Part shown: piece by piece, positions 37,282 to 45,815 of the stretch
Position numbering within the stretch: position 1 is the first letter of the stretch
Layout: the number at the start of each line of letters is the position of its first letter
Source: Candidatus Omnitrophota bacterium
Lineage (GTDB): Bacteria > Omnitrophota > Gorgyraeia > Gygaellales > Profunditerraquicolaceae
Reading direction: 5' to 3'
Assembly: GCA_963805065.1 (NCBI GenBank)
Contig: CAWDSS010000017.1
Coordinates: 64,726-128,725 of the forward strand
Length of the DNA stretch: 64,000 nt
Translations under genes and position numbers: made by a program
Notes under the pieces: model-generated
The model's database searches: none
Seen by the model: only the letters and a program-made list of their open reading frames with translations
Told to the model about the DNA's origin: nothing

Positions 37282-38291
37282 AAAGATGCTTTCTCAGGAA
37301 AGCCGTACATGATGTTCATATTCTGCACTGCCTGCCCTGCTGCGCCTTTCAATAAATTATCAATTGCCGCAATGATTATTATTTTGTCTACCTCGTCTTT
37401 AATCGCTATATCGCAAAAATTAGTCATTGCCACGTCTTTAATTCTGGGGAAATCCTGTCCTTCTCTAACCCTGATAAATGGCTCTTTCTTATAGAACTTC
37501 TTATACAAATCCACTAAATTCTGCCCGCCGGATTTCCTGATTTTCTTGGCATATATCGTAGCCAAAATACCCCTGCTTAAAGGAAGCAGGTGCGGAACAA
37601 ACGTTACCGCGATATTCTTACCGGCTAGCTTTGATAACTCCTGATTAATTTCTGGAGAATGCTGATGCACGTTTACTTTATAGGCTTTAAAATCTTCATT
37701 AACTTCCGAAAACAAGAAACTTTCTGCTAATTTTCTTCCTGCGCCGGTAACGCCGGATTTGGCATCAATGACTATTGATTCTAAATCAATTTTATTAAGA
37801 GCCACTAAAGGCGCTAACGCCAAAATGCTTACCGTCGGGTAGCACCCGGGGTTAGCAATAAGCTTTGCGGTCTTAATCTTGGCACGATACAACTCGGGCA
37901 ATCCGTAAACCGCAGCAGACAAATGCGGCTTGTCTTTATGCTTGGCATTATAAAATTTTTCATAAACTTGCGTATTCTCAAACCTGTAATCCGCGCTTAA
38001 GTCTATAACTTTTTTACCGGTCTTTAAAAGTTTTGGCACTAACTCCATGGAAACTGTGTGTGGTAGCGCCAGAAATACCAAATCGCAACTGGAAGCAATT
38101 TCTTTTAGATCGGGTTCTTTGCAGATAAGGCTTATTCTGCCTTTAAACTTAGGGAATATCTCTGAAATCACTTTAGGTTGATCAATCTTTGCAGAGATGT
38201 TTGTTATCCGTACCTGGGGGTGATCTAGAAGTAAACTGATTAACTCTTCTCCTGCATAACCTGTTGCACCTACTATACCTACGTTTATCAT
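37275..38291 (-). CDS. argC: N-acetyl-gamma-glutamyl-phosphate reductase
   Basis: VGATGYAGEELI and NPGCYPT motifs. Start taken at ATG 38291 (MINVGIVG, SD GGAG), not the ORF-track start 38327. Confidence 0.93.
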   Translation of the reverse strand: MINVGIVGATGYAGEELISLLLDHPQVRITNISAKIDQPKVISEIFPKFKGRISLICKEPDLKEIASSCDLVFLALPHTVSMELVPKLLKTGKKVIDLSADYRFENTQVYEKFYNAKHKDKPHLSAAVYGLPELYRAKIKTAKLIANPGCYPTVSILALAPLVALNKIDLESIVIDAKSGVTGAGRKLAESFLFSEVNEDFKAYKVNVHQHSPEINQELSKLAGKNIAVTFVPHLLPLSRGILATIYAKKIRKSGGQNLVDLYKKFYKKEPFIRVREGQDFPRIKDVAMTNFCDIAIKDEVDKIIIIAAIDNLLKGAAGQAVQNMNIMYGFPEKASLC

Positions 38292-38309
38292 AATAGCTCC
38301 TTTAATGAG

Positions 38310-38348
38310 CACATGACTTACGAACACGAAGTGTGAGTAAGTTATGTC
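38310..38348. repeat. AACTTACG-type palindromic element, copy B (argC 5' leader)
   Basis: CACATGACTTAC-gaACACgaaGTGTga-GTAAGTTATGTC, 19 nt upstream of the argC ATG and downstream of the predicted promoter. Confidence 0.65.
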
Positions 38349-38365
38349 TTCACTTGAATGTTTTC

Positions 38366-38394
38366 ATCATAAATCAAATTTCCCTCGACGTCAA
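38366..38394 (-). promoter_or_regulatory. Sigma70-like promoter of the arg operon
   Basis: Minus strand reads TTGACG (38394..38389), a 17-nt spacer, then TATGAT (38371..38366). About 70 nt upstream of argC. Confidence 0.5.
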
Positions 38395-38454
38395 GCATTT
38401 TCTCGTCGGACTGACGACCATACACCGTTATGAATCTATATACATGGAAATCAG

Positions 38455-38527
38455 TTTTGCGGGTGGCTTGGACTGATTCCGAGCCGCATGATGCGGCGAG
38501 GAACAGTCCAAGACAGGACCCGCAAAA
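38455..38527. other. Long near-perfect hairpin flanked by inverted TATGAATCTAT repeats (function unknown)
   Basis: TTTTGCGGGT..CTTGGACTG..GCCGCAT-g-ATGCGGC..CAGTCCAAG..ACCCGCAAAA. Outer inverted 11-mers lie at 38429..38439 and 38534..38544. Confidence 0.5.
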
Positions 38528-38540
38528 ACCGCAATAGATT

Positions 38541-38579
38541 CATAAAACAAAAAATCCCGCGTTCCAGCAGCGGGATTTT
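38541..38579 (-). terminator. Rho-independent terminator after rpsI (bidirectional in shape)
   Basis: AAAATCCCGC-gttccagca-GCGGGATTTT. The minus strand continues TTGTTTTATG. Confidence 0.7.
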
Positions 38580-38620
38580 AATTTATTAGCTAATTGTAAG
38601 ATTAAATGCCTATTATTCTC

Positions 38621-39016
38621 CTATCTCTTCGTCCACTGGAAGCGTTTACGAGCGCCCTTCTGGCCGTATTTCTTACGTTCCTTAGCGCGCGGATCGCGGG
38701 TAAGAAAACCTTGTTTACGCAATATATCCTTTAACTCAGGCTCAGCTGAAGACAATGCACGCGAAATACCTAAACGCATTGCCCCTGCCTGGCCGGTCAA
38801 TCCGCCGCCTGTAAGATTAGCTACCACATCATACTTGGCAGTATTATTGGTAGCTACCAGAGGCTGTGTGACGATAATCCTGTCTGTTTCCCTTAAGAAA
38901 TATTTATCATACGGCCGGGCATTAACTACAATGCTGCCTTTGCCGGGAATCAGACGGACTCTCGCCACTGATTCCTTACGCCTGCCTACTGCCGTATATT
39001 TGGTAATTTGATCCAT
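38621..39016 (-). CDS. rpsI: 30S ribosomal protein S9
   Basis: 131 aa with typical S9 sequence (GRRKESVARV...KYGQKGARKRFQWTKR). Confidence 0.97.
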   Translation of the reverse strand: MDQITKYTAVGRRKESVARVRLIPGKGSIVVNARPYDKYFLRETDRIIVTQPLVATNNTAKYDVVANLTGGGLTGQAGAMRLGISRALSSAEPELKDILRKQGFLTRDPRAKERKKYGQKGARKRFQWTKR

Positions 39017-39022
39017 ATATGA

Positions 39023-39454
39023 TTATACCTCCAAAACAACCGGATTTTGTGCTTTGTGGATATGTTTATCGTCAGCATACACCTTTAATTTCTTTATTAA
39101 ATCCCTGCCCAAAGGCCCCCCCGGGAGCATGCGCCTTACCGCAAGCTGCACAACCGTGGCAGGCTTCTTAGCCAGCATGGTTTCTAAAGTAACTTCTCTT
39201 AAGCCACCGGGATAGCCGGAATAGCGGCCGTAAATTTTTTGCTTCGGTTTTCTGCCAGTAACCCTGACCTTGGCGGCATTTATCACGATAACACCATCTC
39301 CTGTATCAATGTGAGGCGTAAATATAGGCTTGTGCTTGCCTCTTAAAATAACTGCTACCTTAACGGCAAGTCTGCCTAAAACCTTATCCTTGGCATCCAC
39401 CAAGAACCAGCGCCTTTTTATGTCTTCTTTTTTTGCTACATAGGTTTTATTCAT
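39023..39454 (-). CDS. rplM: 50S ribosomal protein L13
   Basis: 143 aa. [17 protein letters not shown] and [13 protein letters not shown] are typical of L13. Confidence 0.97.
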   Translation of the reverse strand: MNKTYVAKKEDIKRRWFLVDAKDKVLGRLAVKVAVILRGKHKPIFTPHIDTGDGVIVINAAKVRVTGRKPKQKIYGRYSGYPGGLREVTLETMLAKKPATVVQLAVRRMLPGGPLGRDLIKKLKVYADDKHIHKAQNPVVLEV

Positions 39455-39463
39455 AGAACTAAA

Positions 39464-39491
39464 AGTATAACATAAATTATTGTGAAGTCAA
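39464..39491 (-). promoter_or_regulatory. Sigma70-like promoter directly abutting the rplM start
   Basis: TTGACT (39491..39486), a 16-nt spacer, then TATACT (39469..39464). Only 9 nt separate the -10 box from the ATG, and there is no SD. Confidence 0.45.
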
Positions 39492-39518
39492 ATGTATTTT
39501 TATAAGTTATGGCTTCAT

Positions 39519-40313
39519 TTAATATTTCACCTTCATCAGGCATAATCCGCAGGCGGGCGCAGTGGGGCCGGTTGAGTTCCTGTCTTTACTATGCAGTAGC
39601 CTCCTTAGGTGACCCTTTTTAAACCTACCCCTGCCTATTTCTATGAGGGTACCGACTATGCTTCTGGCCATATTATACAGGAAACCATCTGCTTCTATAT
39701 CAATAACAATTAAAGAATCTTTGAACCTAGAACCAAAACCAGAGAACCTAGAACCCAATTTTCTAACACTTATCTTCTTTATGGTACGTATAGTATTTTT
39801 AGCACTACTGCCGCTAGCACAAAATGCCTTAAAATCATGCTTACCCAATAAACTTCTGGCTTCCCGCTGCATTAAGCTGATGTTCAATGCATAAGAACAA
39901 AAATAGGCCTGCTTCCTCAAAAGTGCAGATGGATAGTTACGGTTTAATATAACATAACGGTAAACTTTGGATTGCGCATCAAACCGGCTATGAAAATCAA
40001 GCCTTGATTCCTCTATTTTAGAAATAGAGATGTCTTTGGGTAAAAGGCAGTTCAACGCCTTTTGCAGTTTCTTTACGCCAATGTAAGAATTTGTAAGAAA
40101 ATTCGCTACCTGAGCCTGGGCATGGACACCTGCATCGGTCCTTCCTGCGGAAATTAACCTGACTTTTTCTTGCAGGATTTTGCGTAGAGCTTTTTCTATT
40201 ATCTCCTGGATGGCCTTCTTAGAACGGTGGGATTTAACTAGTGAATCATTCTGAACCTGCCAACCACAATAATCGGAGCCGTCATATTCTATTTCGAGCT
40301 TGAGATTAGGCAT
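39519..40313 (-). CDS. truA: tRNA pseudouridine(38-40) synthase
   Basis: SAGRTDAGVHA catalytic motif. 264 aa. Confidence 0.93.
   Translation of the reverse strand: MPNLKLEIEYDGSDYCGWQVQNDSLVKSHRSKKAIQEIIEKALRKILQEKVRLISAGRTDAGVHAQAQVANFLTNSYIGVKKLQKALNCLLPKDISISKIEESRLDFHSRFDAQSKVYRYVILNRNYPSALLRKQAYFCSYALNISLMQREARSLLGKHDFKAFCASGSSAKNTIRTIKKISVRKLGSRFSGFGSRFKDSLIVIDIEADGFLYNMARSIVGTLIEIGRGRFKKGHLRRLLHSKDRNSTGPTAPACGLCLMKVKY
39722..39756. repeat. Tandem heptamers AGAACCN inside truA (same family as in dapF, opposite orientation relative to the gene)
   Basis: tgaacct agaacca aaaccag agaacct agaaccc. Encodes GSRFSGFGSRFK. Confidence 0.8.
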
Positions 40314-41323
40314 TGCGCTATCTGAATAGCATTAGTTGCCGCGCCCTTACGCAAATTATCTGCTACCACCCATAACCAAAGCCCGTTCTTGCTGAAACAA
40401 TCCCTGCGTATCCTGCCGACAAAGACTTCGTCTTTGCCTTCTGCATCTTTAGGCATGGGGTAGAGATTTTTGACAGGATCATCAATTACGACTATCCCTG
40501 GAGATCCGGAAAGCAAGGTTTTTACTTTCTGCGGGTCAATAGGCTTGGCTGTCTCAATATACACTGATTCCGAATGCCCCGTCCTTACGGGAACTCTTAC
40601 AGTAGTTGCGGAAATCTTGATTAAATCATCGTGCATAATTTTATGCGTTTCGCGGACCAGCTTCCATTCTTCACTGGTATAATCACACTCTGCAAAACCG
40701 CCTATATGCGGAAATACATTGAACGCCAGTTGTTGCGGCATTGCCTTTTCTTTCACATTAACATGCAGATTAATGTAACCACCTGAGGAAATTTCCTGTA
40801 CTTCTGCATTTAGCTGTTCAACAGCGCCCTTGCCAGCTCCTGAAGACGCCTGCAAAGTGGTAACGATTATCCTTTTAATCCCAACTTTTTTATAAATTGG
40901 CCACAATGCCACGACCATCTGTATGGTAGAGCAATTGGGATTCGCAATTATGCCTCTGTGTTTTTTTACATCCCGGGCATTTACCTCAGGTACTACCAGC
41001 GGAACATCTGCCTTCAGGCGAAAATCAGCGCCATTATCAATAACCACAGCCCCTCTTACAATTGCGTCTTGCGCATAAGTAACTGCTGCCCCTTTTTCAC
41101 CCTCGGTTCCTGCAAATAAAACTATATCAATACCGTCGAAACCTTGGGGCGATATGGCTTTAACCTGGTAGGTTTGCCCGTCTACTTCAATTTCCCTTTC
41201 GCTGCGGGCAAAAACGCGTAATTCATCAACCGGAAAATTACGCTGTTTTAAGACACGCAACATCTCAACACCCACTACCCCCACCCCTACCACCGCCACA
41301 TTATACTTTGATTTATTTTTCAT
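40289..41323 (-). CDS. asd: Aspartate-semialdehyde dehydrogenase
   Basis: IANPNCSTIQMV active-site motif. 344 aa. Confidence 0.95.
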   Translation of the reverse strand: MKNKSKYNVAVVGVGVVGVEMLRVLKQRNFPVDELRVFARSEREIEVDGQTYQVKAISPQGFDGIDIVLFAGTEGEKGAAVTYAQDAIVRGAVVIDNGADFRLKADVPLVVPEVNARDVKKHRGIIANPNCSTIQMVVALWPIYKKVGIKRIIVTTLQASSGAGKGAVEQLNAEVQEISSGGYINLHVNVKEKAMPQQLAFNVFPHIGGFAECDYTSEEWKLVRETHKIMHDDLIKISATTVRVPVRTGHSESVYIETAKPIDPQKVKTLLSGSPGIVVIDDPVKNLYPMPKDAEGKDEVFVGRIRRDCFSKNGLWLWVVADNLRKGAATNAIQIAQCLISSSK

Positions 41324-41997
41324 TTCACGATTACCTCAAACTCATCTTTATTAACGCTATTCAACATCATGTCCTTTATCTGTGTTGCATTAAAACGGTG
41401 CGTAGAAATATCCAACCCATAATCGGCCCAAAGCCCTTGCGACCCAAATTTAATCATATCTAAGCCCAATGAAAACAAATCCTTTTGATCCCCCAGTGCA
41501 CCCCTGCGGTAAAGCGCATCTATCTTGGAAAACAAATTATCCTTGTCTGATTCGGTTGAAAAAATAAAAAAGCACCATGTACCCTTACTGTCAATGTTTT
41601 CCAAAATCTTCGGTAATTTGATGAGAAGATTGTCTTTAAGCATCAACAAATGTATCTCTTCTCCCAGGCGTTTTAACAACCTGCTTTCTCCCGGCTCGGT
41701 ACGCGCTAAAGTAAAATATGCAGAGCTTAAAGCTAGCGTCTCTTTTATTTTTTCCATGCTGGCACCACCTGCGCCTGGCTCATGCCAGGTCAAAGACCTG
41801 AATAATAGATACGTTACCTTGCCCTCTTCTTTAAAGTTGTTTACCAATTTTGTAAAATAGCCTTTATTATTAAACGCGAATAAATCAAATGTCCCTGATA
41901 CTAATAATTGCATTTCCCCGAATGAAACGTGGAAAATCGTTACTCCTGAAAACCAGGCTTTAACTTCTTTAATTACGATTTCCTGTTTTTCTTTCAT
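41320..41997 (-). CDS. Hypothetical protein (225 aa), translationally coupled to asd
   Basis: Long ORF with an ATG start. Its stop overlaps the asd start (ATGA). I recognise no motif. Confidence 0.55.
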   Translation of the reverse strand: MKEKQEIVIKEVKAWFSGVTIFHVSFGEMQLLVSGTFDLFAFNNKGYFTKLVNNFKEEGKVTYLLFRSLTWHEPGAGGASMEKIKETLALSSAYFTLARTEPGESRLLKRLGEEIHLLMLKDNLLIKLPKILENIDSKGTWCFFIFSTESDKDNLFSKIDALYRRGALGDQKDLFSLGLDMIKFGSQGLWADYGLDISTHRFNATQIKDMMLNSVNKDEFEVIVK

Positions 41998-42002
41998 AGG
42001 GA

Positions 42003-43054
42003 TTACAAATTCTTCACGACCTCGTCTCCTACTTCTTCGGTGGAATATCCCATCTTTCCTGCTGCTAGAGATTTCAATTTCTCGTTAACGATCTTAATCA
42101 CCGCATTCTCTACTGATTTACCGGCATCGAGTTCGCCTAAATTCTCCAGCAACATACCCAATGCGCAAATAGCAGCTAAGGGATTGATAACATTTTTACC
42201 GGTGTATTTGGGAGCGCTTCCGCCGATAGGCTCAAACATGGAAACGCCGGAAGGATTAATATTTCCTCCTGCGGCAATGCCCATTCCACCCTGAATCATC
42301 GCTCCTAAATCCGTAATAATATCGCCGAACATATTATCGGTAACAATCACATCAAACCATTCCGGATTCTTAACAAACCACATGGTAGTAGCATCGACAT
42401 GCGCGTAATCAGTGGTTACATCCGGGTATTCCTTCGCTACCTCATTAAACGTCCTCTCCCACAAATCCCAGGCAAATGTCAGGACATTGGTTTTTCCGCA
42501 AAACGTAAGTTTTTTCTTTCTCCTGCGTTTACGCGTAAATTCAAATGCATAGCGGATACAGCGCTCAACACCAATTCGCGTATTATAAGAAATCTGCATT
42601 GCTACTTCGTCTTTAGTGCCTTTATTCTTAAATTCACCCATGCCTTTATAAAGGCCTTCGGAATTCTCCCGCACCACTACGAAATCAATATCCTCTGGTC
42701 TCTTTATCTTTCAGGGGACAAAAGGCAGCGTTATAAAGTTTGACCGGCCGAAGATTAATATACTGATCCAGGGAAAACCTTAAGTTTTAACAGAATCCCG
42801 GTCTCAAGAATCCCCGGCTTTACGTCCGGATGGCCTATTGCTCCCAGATAAATCGCCGAATACTTTTTTAGCTCCGCTATATCGCTATCATCCAGGGTCT
42901 TACCTGTTTTTAGAAAACGCTCGCCTCCAAAATCAAATATCTTGGTTTCGTATTCAAATTTAAATTTTTTTCCGGCCGCCGTTAATACTTTAAGCCCCTC
43001 CCTGATTACCTCAGGGCCGGTGCCGTCTCCCGGTATAACAGCTATCCTAAACAT
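42003..43054 (-). pseudogene. leuB: 3-isopropylmalate dehydrogenase, interrupted by two +1 frameshifts
   Basis: The N-terminal part (42755..43054, IAVIPGDGTGPEV) and the C-terminal part (42003..42677, VRENSEGLY...GSAPKYTGKNVINPLA) are in frames offset by 2. The third frame between them reads [26 protein letters not shown] without a stop. Confidence 0.75.
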
Positions 43055-43068
43055 GGAATCCTTTCCTT

Positions 43069-43329
43069 TTAGATTTCTTCCACTAATTTTATGGTTGATT
43101 TGTTTAAAATTATCGCGTTGTTCTTCTTAAGCATCTCCGTAATAAGTTTGAACGATTTTATTTCTTTAAGATTACTGAATTCGGCATTTGTAATGGCTAT
43201 AAAACTTTCCCTGGTATCATTCAGGAAGTCGATTATCCTTTCCCCGGGGTTGATGTGCACAAAGCCCTCCACTAATAAATTATCATGGCAAATAACGCTG
43301 ACTTTACGCTTTTCTTTTTCTACTCTCAT
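43069..43329 (-). CDS. Hypothetical small protein (86 aa)
   Basis: ATG start with SD GGAAGGAGAG inside the leuD end. No recognised motif. Confidence 0.5.
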   Translation of the reverse strand: MRVEKEKRKVSVICHDNLLVEGFVHINPGERIIDFLNDTRESFIAITNAEFSNLKEIKSFKLITEMLKKNNAIILNKSTIKLVEEI

Positions 43330-43330
43330 C

Positions 43331-43825
43331 TTACTCGCTCTCCTTCCTTAACTTTATCCAGTTCATCAGCCCGCCTTGTTTTACAATTTCCTGGAGGAAT
43401 GCGGGAAAGCAAGCGGTGTTATAAGTTTTATTCTTGCTTAGGTTTCTTATTATACCATTGGATAAGTCTATTTCAAGCGAATCACCGTCAGAAATATCCT
43501 CGGTATTTCTTAATTCCAAAAACGGCAAACCTATATTTATGGCGTTTCTAAAGAATATCCCGGCAAAACTCCTGGCAATAACCGCCGAGATTCCGCAACC
43601 CTTGATTGCTAAAGGCGCATGTTCCCGCGATGAGCCGCATCCGAAGTTTTTACCGGCAACAATGATATCCTGCGGGCTAACCTTACTTACAAAATCAGGG
43701 CGTATTGATTCCAAACAGTGCCTTCCCAGTTCTTTGGCGTCAGTGGAAACCAAATATTTTGCGGCAATAATGTCATCGGTGTTTATATCATCTCCCAGTT
43801 TATGAACTTTACCCTTAATAATCAT
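43331..43825 (-). CDS. leuD: 3-isopropylmalate dehydratase small subunit
   Basis: GKNFGCGSSREHA motif. 164 aa (short archaeal-type form). Confidence 0.92.
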   Translation of the reverse strand: MIIKGKVHKLGDDINTDDIIAAKYLVSTDAKELGRHCLESIRPDFVSKVSPQDIIVAGKNFGCGSSREHAPLAIKGCGISAVIARSFAGIFFRNAINIGLPFLELRNTEDISDGDSLEIDLSNGIIRNLSKNKTYNTACFPAFLQEIVKQGGLMNWIKLRKESE

Positions 43826-43826
43826 T

Positions 43827-44417
43827 TTAGTTACCGCCCTGATTTGATAATCCTTGTAAGCTCGGCATAATCCCGCTTACATCCTGGAATTGGACTCCTT
43901 CAGGCAGGCTAAATAGCCCATCTTCCAAATCTGCATTTATCTCAATGTTGCTATAATGGGTAGTCGAACCCGGACTTTCTACCTTCAAGGGAAAATCCAA
44001 ATCTTTCATAACCCACATTGTTACGGGTTTCCCGCCCTTTGAACAACGGTATATCCCGCAAGGCTGCCCATCCACCTGATCTTCGCCTATGTATTGGCAA
44101 TCATTCTTATAGTCTCCGACAGACGGAACCTGTCCTTTTGCCCCGGAAACGTCCATCTTCATCGCCATATTCTGGGCTGGTATGTACATATAGGCGTTTT
44201 GAGCGCTGACAATTGTGATTGTGTTCATTCCAGACACATTCATTTCAATACGGCTCTTATCGCCTTTTATAAAAAGCTTTCCTTCGGCTTTACCTGTTGC
44301 AGAAGAGTCAGTGAGCATATCGCATTTAAGAGAAGAAAAGCTAGCGGCAAATGATATTAAAATGAAACTAAGTAGACTTACAACTGCCAAAAATACAAAC
44401 AAAAATATTTTTTTCAT
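43827..44417 (-). CDS. Secreted LolA-fold-like / DUF4412-like protein
   Basis: Signal peptide MKKIFLFVFLAVVSLLSFILISFA. The pattern ...KSRIEMNVSGMNTITIVSAQNAYMYIPAQNMAMKMD... recalls LolA-like beta-barrel families. I use ATG 44417 because the ORF-track start 44438 is a GTG. Confidence 0.4.
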   Translation of the reverse strand: MKKIFLFVFLAVVSLLSFILISFAASFSSLKCDMLTDSSATGKAEGKLFIKGDKSRIEMNVSGMNTITIVSAQNAYMYIPAQNMAMKMDVSGAKGQVPSVGDYKNDCQYIGEDQVDGQPCGIYRCSKGGKPVTMWVMKDLDFPLKVESPGSTTHYSNIEINADLEDGLFSLPEGVQFQDVSGIMPSLQGLSNQGGN

Positions 44418-44434
44418 TCTCTGCCCCAATTTAA

Positions 44435-45694
44435 TCACATTACCGCTTCAGGATGAGTAATGCTCCCCCTTATAGCAGATGCCGCAGCTACTGCAGGGCC
44501 GGATAAGTAAACAAATGACTTAGGATGGCCCATTCTGCCGATAAAATTACGGTTAGTGGTAGCCAGGCAGCTTTCTCCTTCCGTAATTATTCCCATATGG
44601 CCGCCTAAACACGGTCCGCAGGTCGGCGTTGAGAATACCCCTCCTGCCTTAACGAATATCTCAGCCAATCCTTCTTTTACCGCCTGTAAATAAATTTTTT
44701 GCGTAGCAGGAATCACAATCAACCTCAATCCTGCCTTGGCTTTTCTACCTTTTAAAATCTTGGCTGCAATCCTTAAATCAGAAATCCTGCCATTGGTGCA
44801 AGAGCCGATTACTACCTGATCAAGCGAAACCCGGCTTAATTTGCTGGCAGGCTTTACATTGCTGGGTAAACTAGGGGAAGCTACTAAAGGCTCTATTTTT
44901 GTCACATCATATTCATAAATTTTTGCGTAAACAGCGTCGCTATCGCTCTTATAAACCTTGAATTTGCGGGGAGCCGGATTTACATATTTTAAAGTAGTCT
45001 CATCTGCCCCAATAATACCCGCCCTTGCCCCTGCTTCAATAGCCATATTTGACATGGTGAACCTATCATCCATTCCTAAATTGCTGATTACTGGCCCGCT
45101 AAACTCCATGGCGTTATATAATGCGCCGTCTACGCCGATGTCGCCTATGGTAAATAAAATAAGGTCCTTGCCTCCTACCCATTTGCCTAGCTTTCCTTTA
45201 TATATAAACTTGATAGAGGCCGGTACTTTAAACCAGCATTTTCCGTCTACAAAAACCCTGGCTAAATCTGTTGAACCTACCCCTGTGGCATAACTTCCCA
45301 TTGCTCCGTATGTGCAGGTATGCGAATCAGCGCCTATAACCAAATCGCCCGGAAGGACTAACTTTTGCTCAGGCAGAAGCGCATGTTCAATGCCCATACA
45401 GCCGACTTCAAAATAATTCTTTATCCTCTGCTCTCTTGCAAAGTCAGCCAGGATCTTACACTGATTAGCGCTTCTTAAATCTTTTGCCGGCGCAAAATGA
45501 TCGGGCACCAGGACAATTTTATTTTTATTAAAAACTTTTTTGAATCCTGCTTTCTTAAACTCTTCAATTGCCATGGGCGCAGTAATATCATTACCCAGGG
45601 CAATATCGATGTTTGCCTCGATAAACTCACCCGGTTTTATGTCTTTAGCCTTAGTATGAGCTAATAGTATCTTTTCAGCAATAGTGTGCGCCAT
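44435..45694 (-). CDS. leuC: 3-isopropylmalate dehydratase large subunit
   Basis: IGADSHTCTYGA, GSCTNGR and TPTCGPCLGG (Fe-S Cys ligands). Start taken at ATG 45694 (MAHTIAEKIL). The upstream 20 ORF-track codons lie in heptamer repeats. Confidence 0.92.
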   Translation of the reverse strand: MAHTIAEKILLAHTKAKDIKPGEFIEANIDIALGNDITAPMAIEEFKKAGFKKVFNKNKIVLVPDHFAPAKDLRSANQCKILADFAREQRIKNYFEVGCMGIEHALLPEQKLVLPGDLVIGADSHTCTYGAMGSYATGVGSTDLARVFVDGKCWFKVPASIKFIYKGKLGKWVGGKDLILFTIGDIGVDGALYNAMEFSGPVISNLGMDDRFTMSNMAIEAGARAGIIGADETTLKYVNPAPRKFKVYKSDSDAVYAKIYEYDVTKIEPLVASPSLPSNVKPASKLSRVSLDQVVIGSCTNGRISDLRIAAKILKGRKAKAGLRLIVIPATQKIYLQAVKEGLAEIFVKAGGVFSTPTCGPCLGGHMGIITEGESCLATTNRNFIGRMGHPKSFVYLSGPAVAAASAIRGSITHPEAVM

Positions 45695-45700
45695 ATTGGA

Positions 45701-45815
45701 AAGGTAAAAGTTAAAAGCAAAAAGGTAAAAGTTAGAAGTAAAAGTCAAAAGCATAAAAATACTTTTAATTTTTTACTTGTACTTTTTACTTTTGGCTTTT
45801 TACTTTTTACTTAAC
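45701..45815. repeat. ~115-bp imperfect palindrome built from A/T-rich heptamers (TAAAAGN / NCTTTTA)
   Basis: taaaagt taaaagc aaaaagg taaaagt tagaagt ... actttta atttttt acttgta cttttta cttttgg cttttta cttttta. Lies between the fabF stop and the leuC start. Confidence 0.8.

Noticed and set aside
38400-38545. tRNA, SRP RNA or a riboswitch in the 290-bp rpsI-argC spacer.
   Set aside because: There is no T-loop (GTTCGAATC-like) and no cloverleaf. There is no SRP motif. The structure is a single long symmetric hairpin upstream of, not downstream of, the best promoter candidate.
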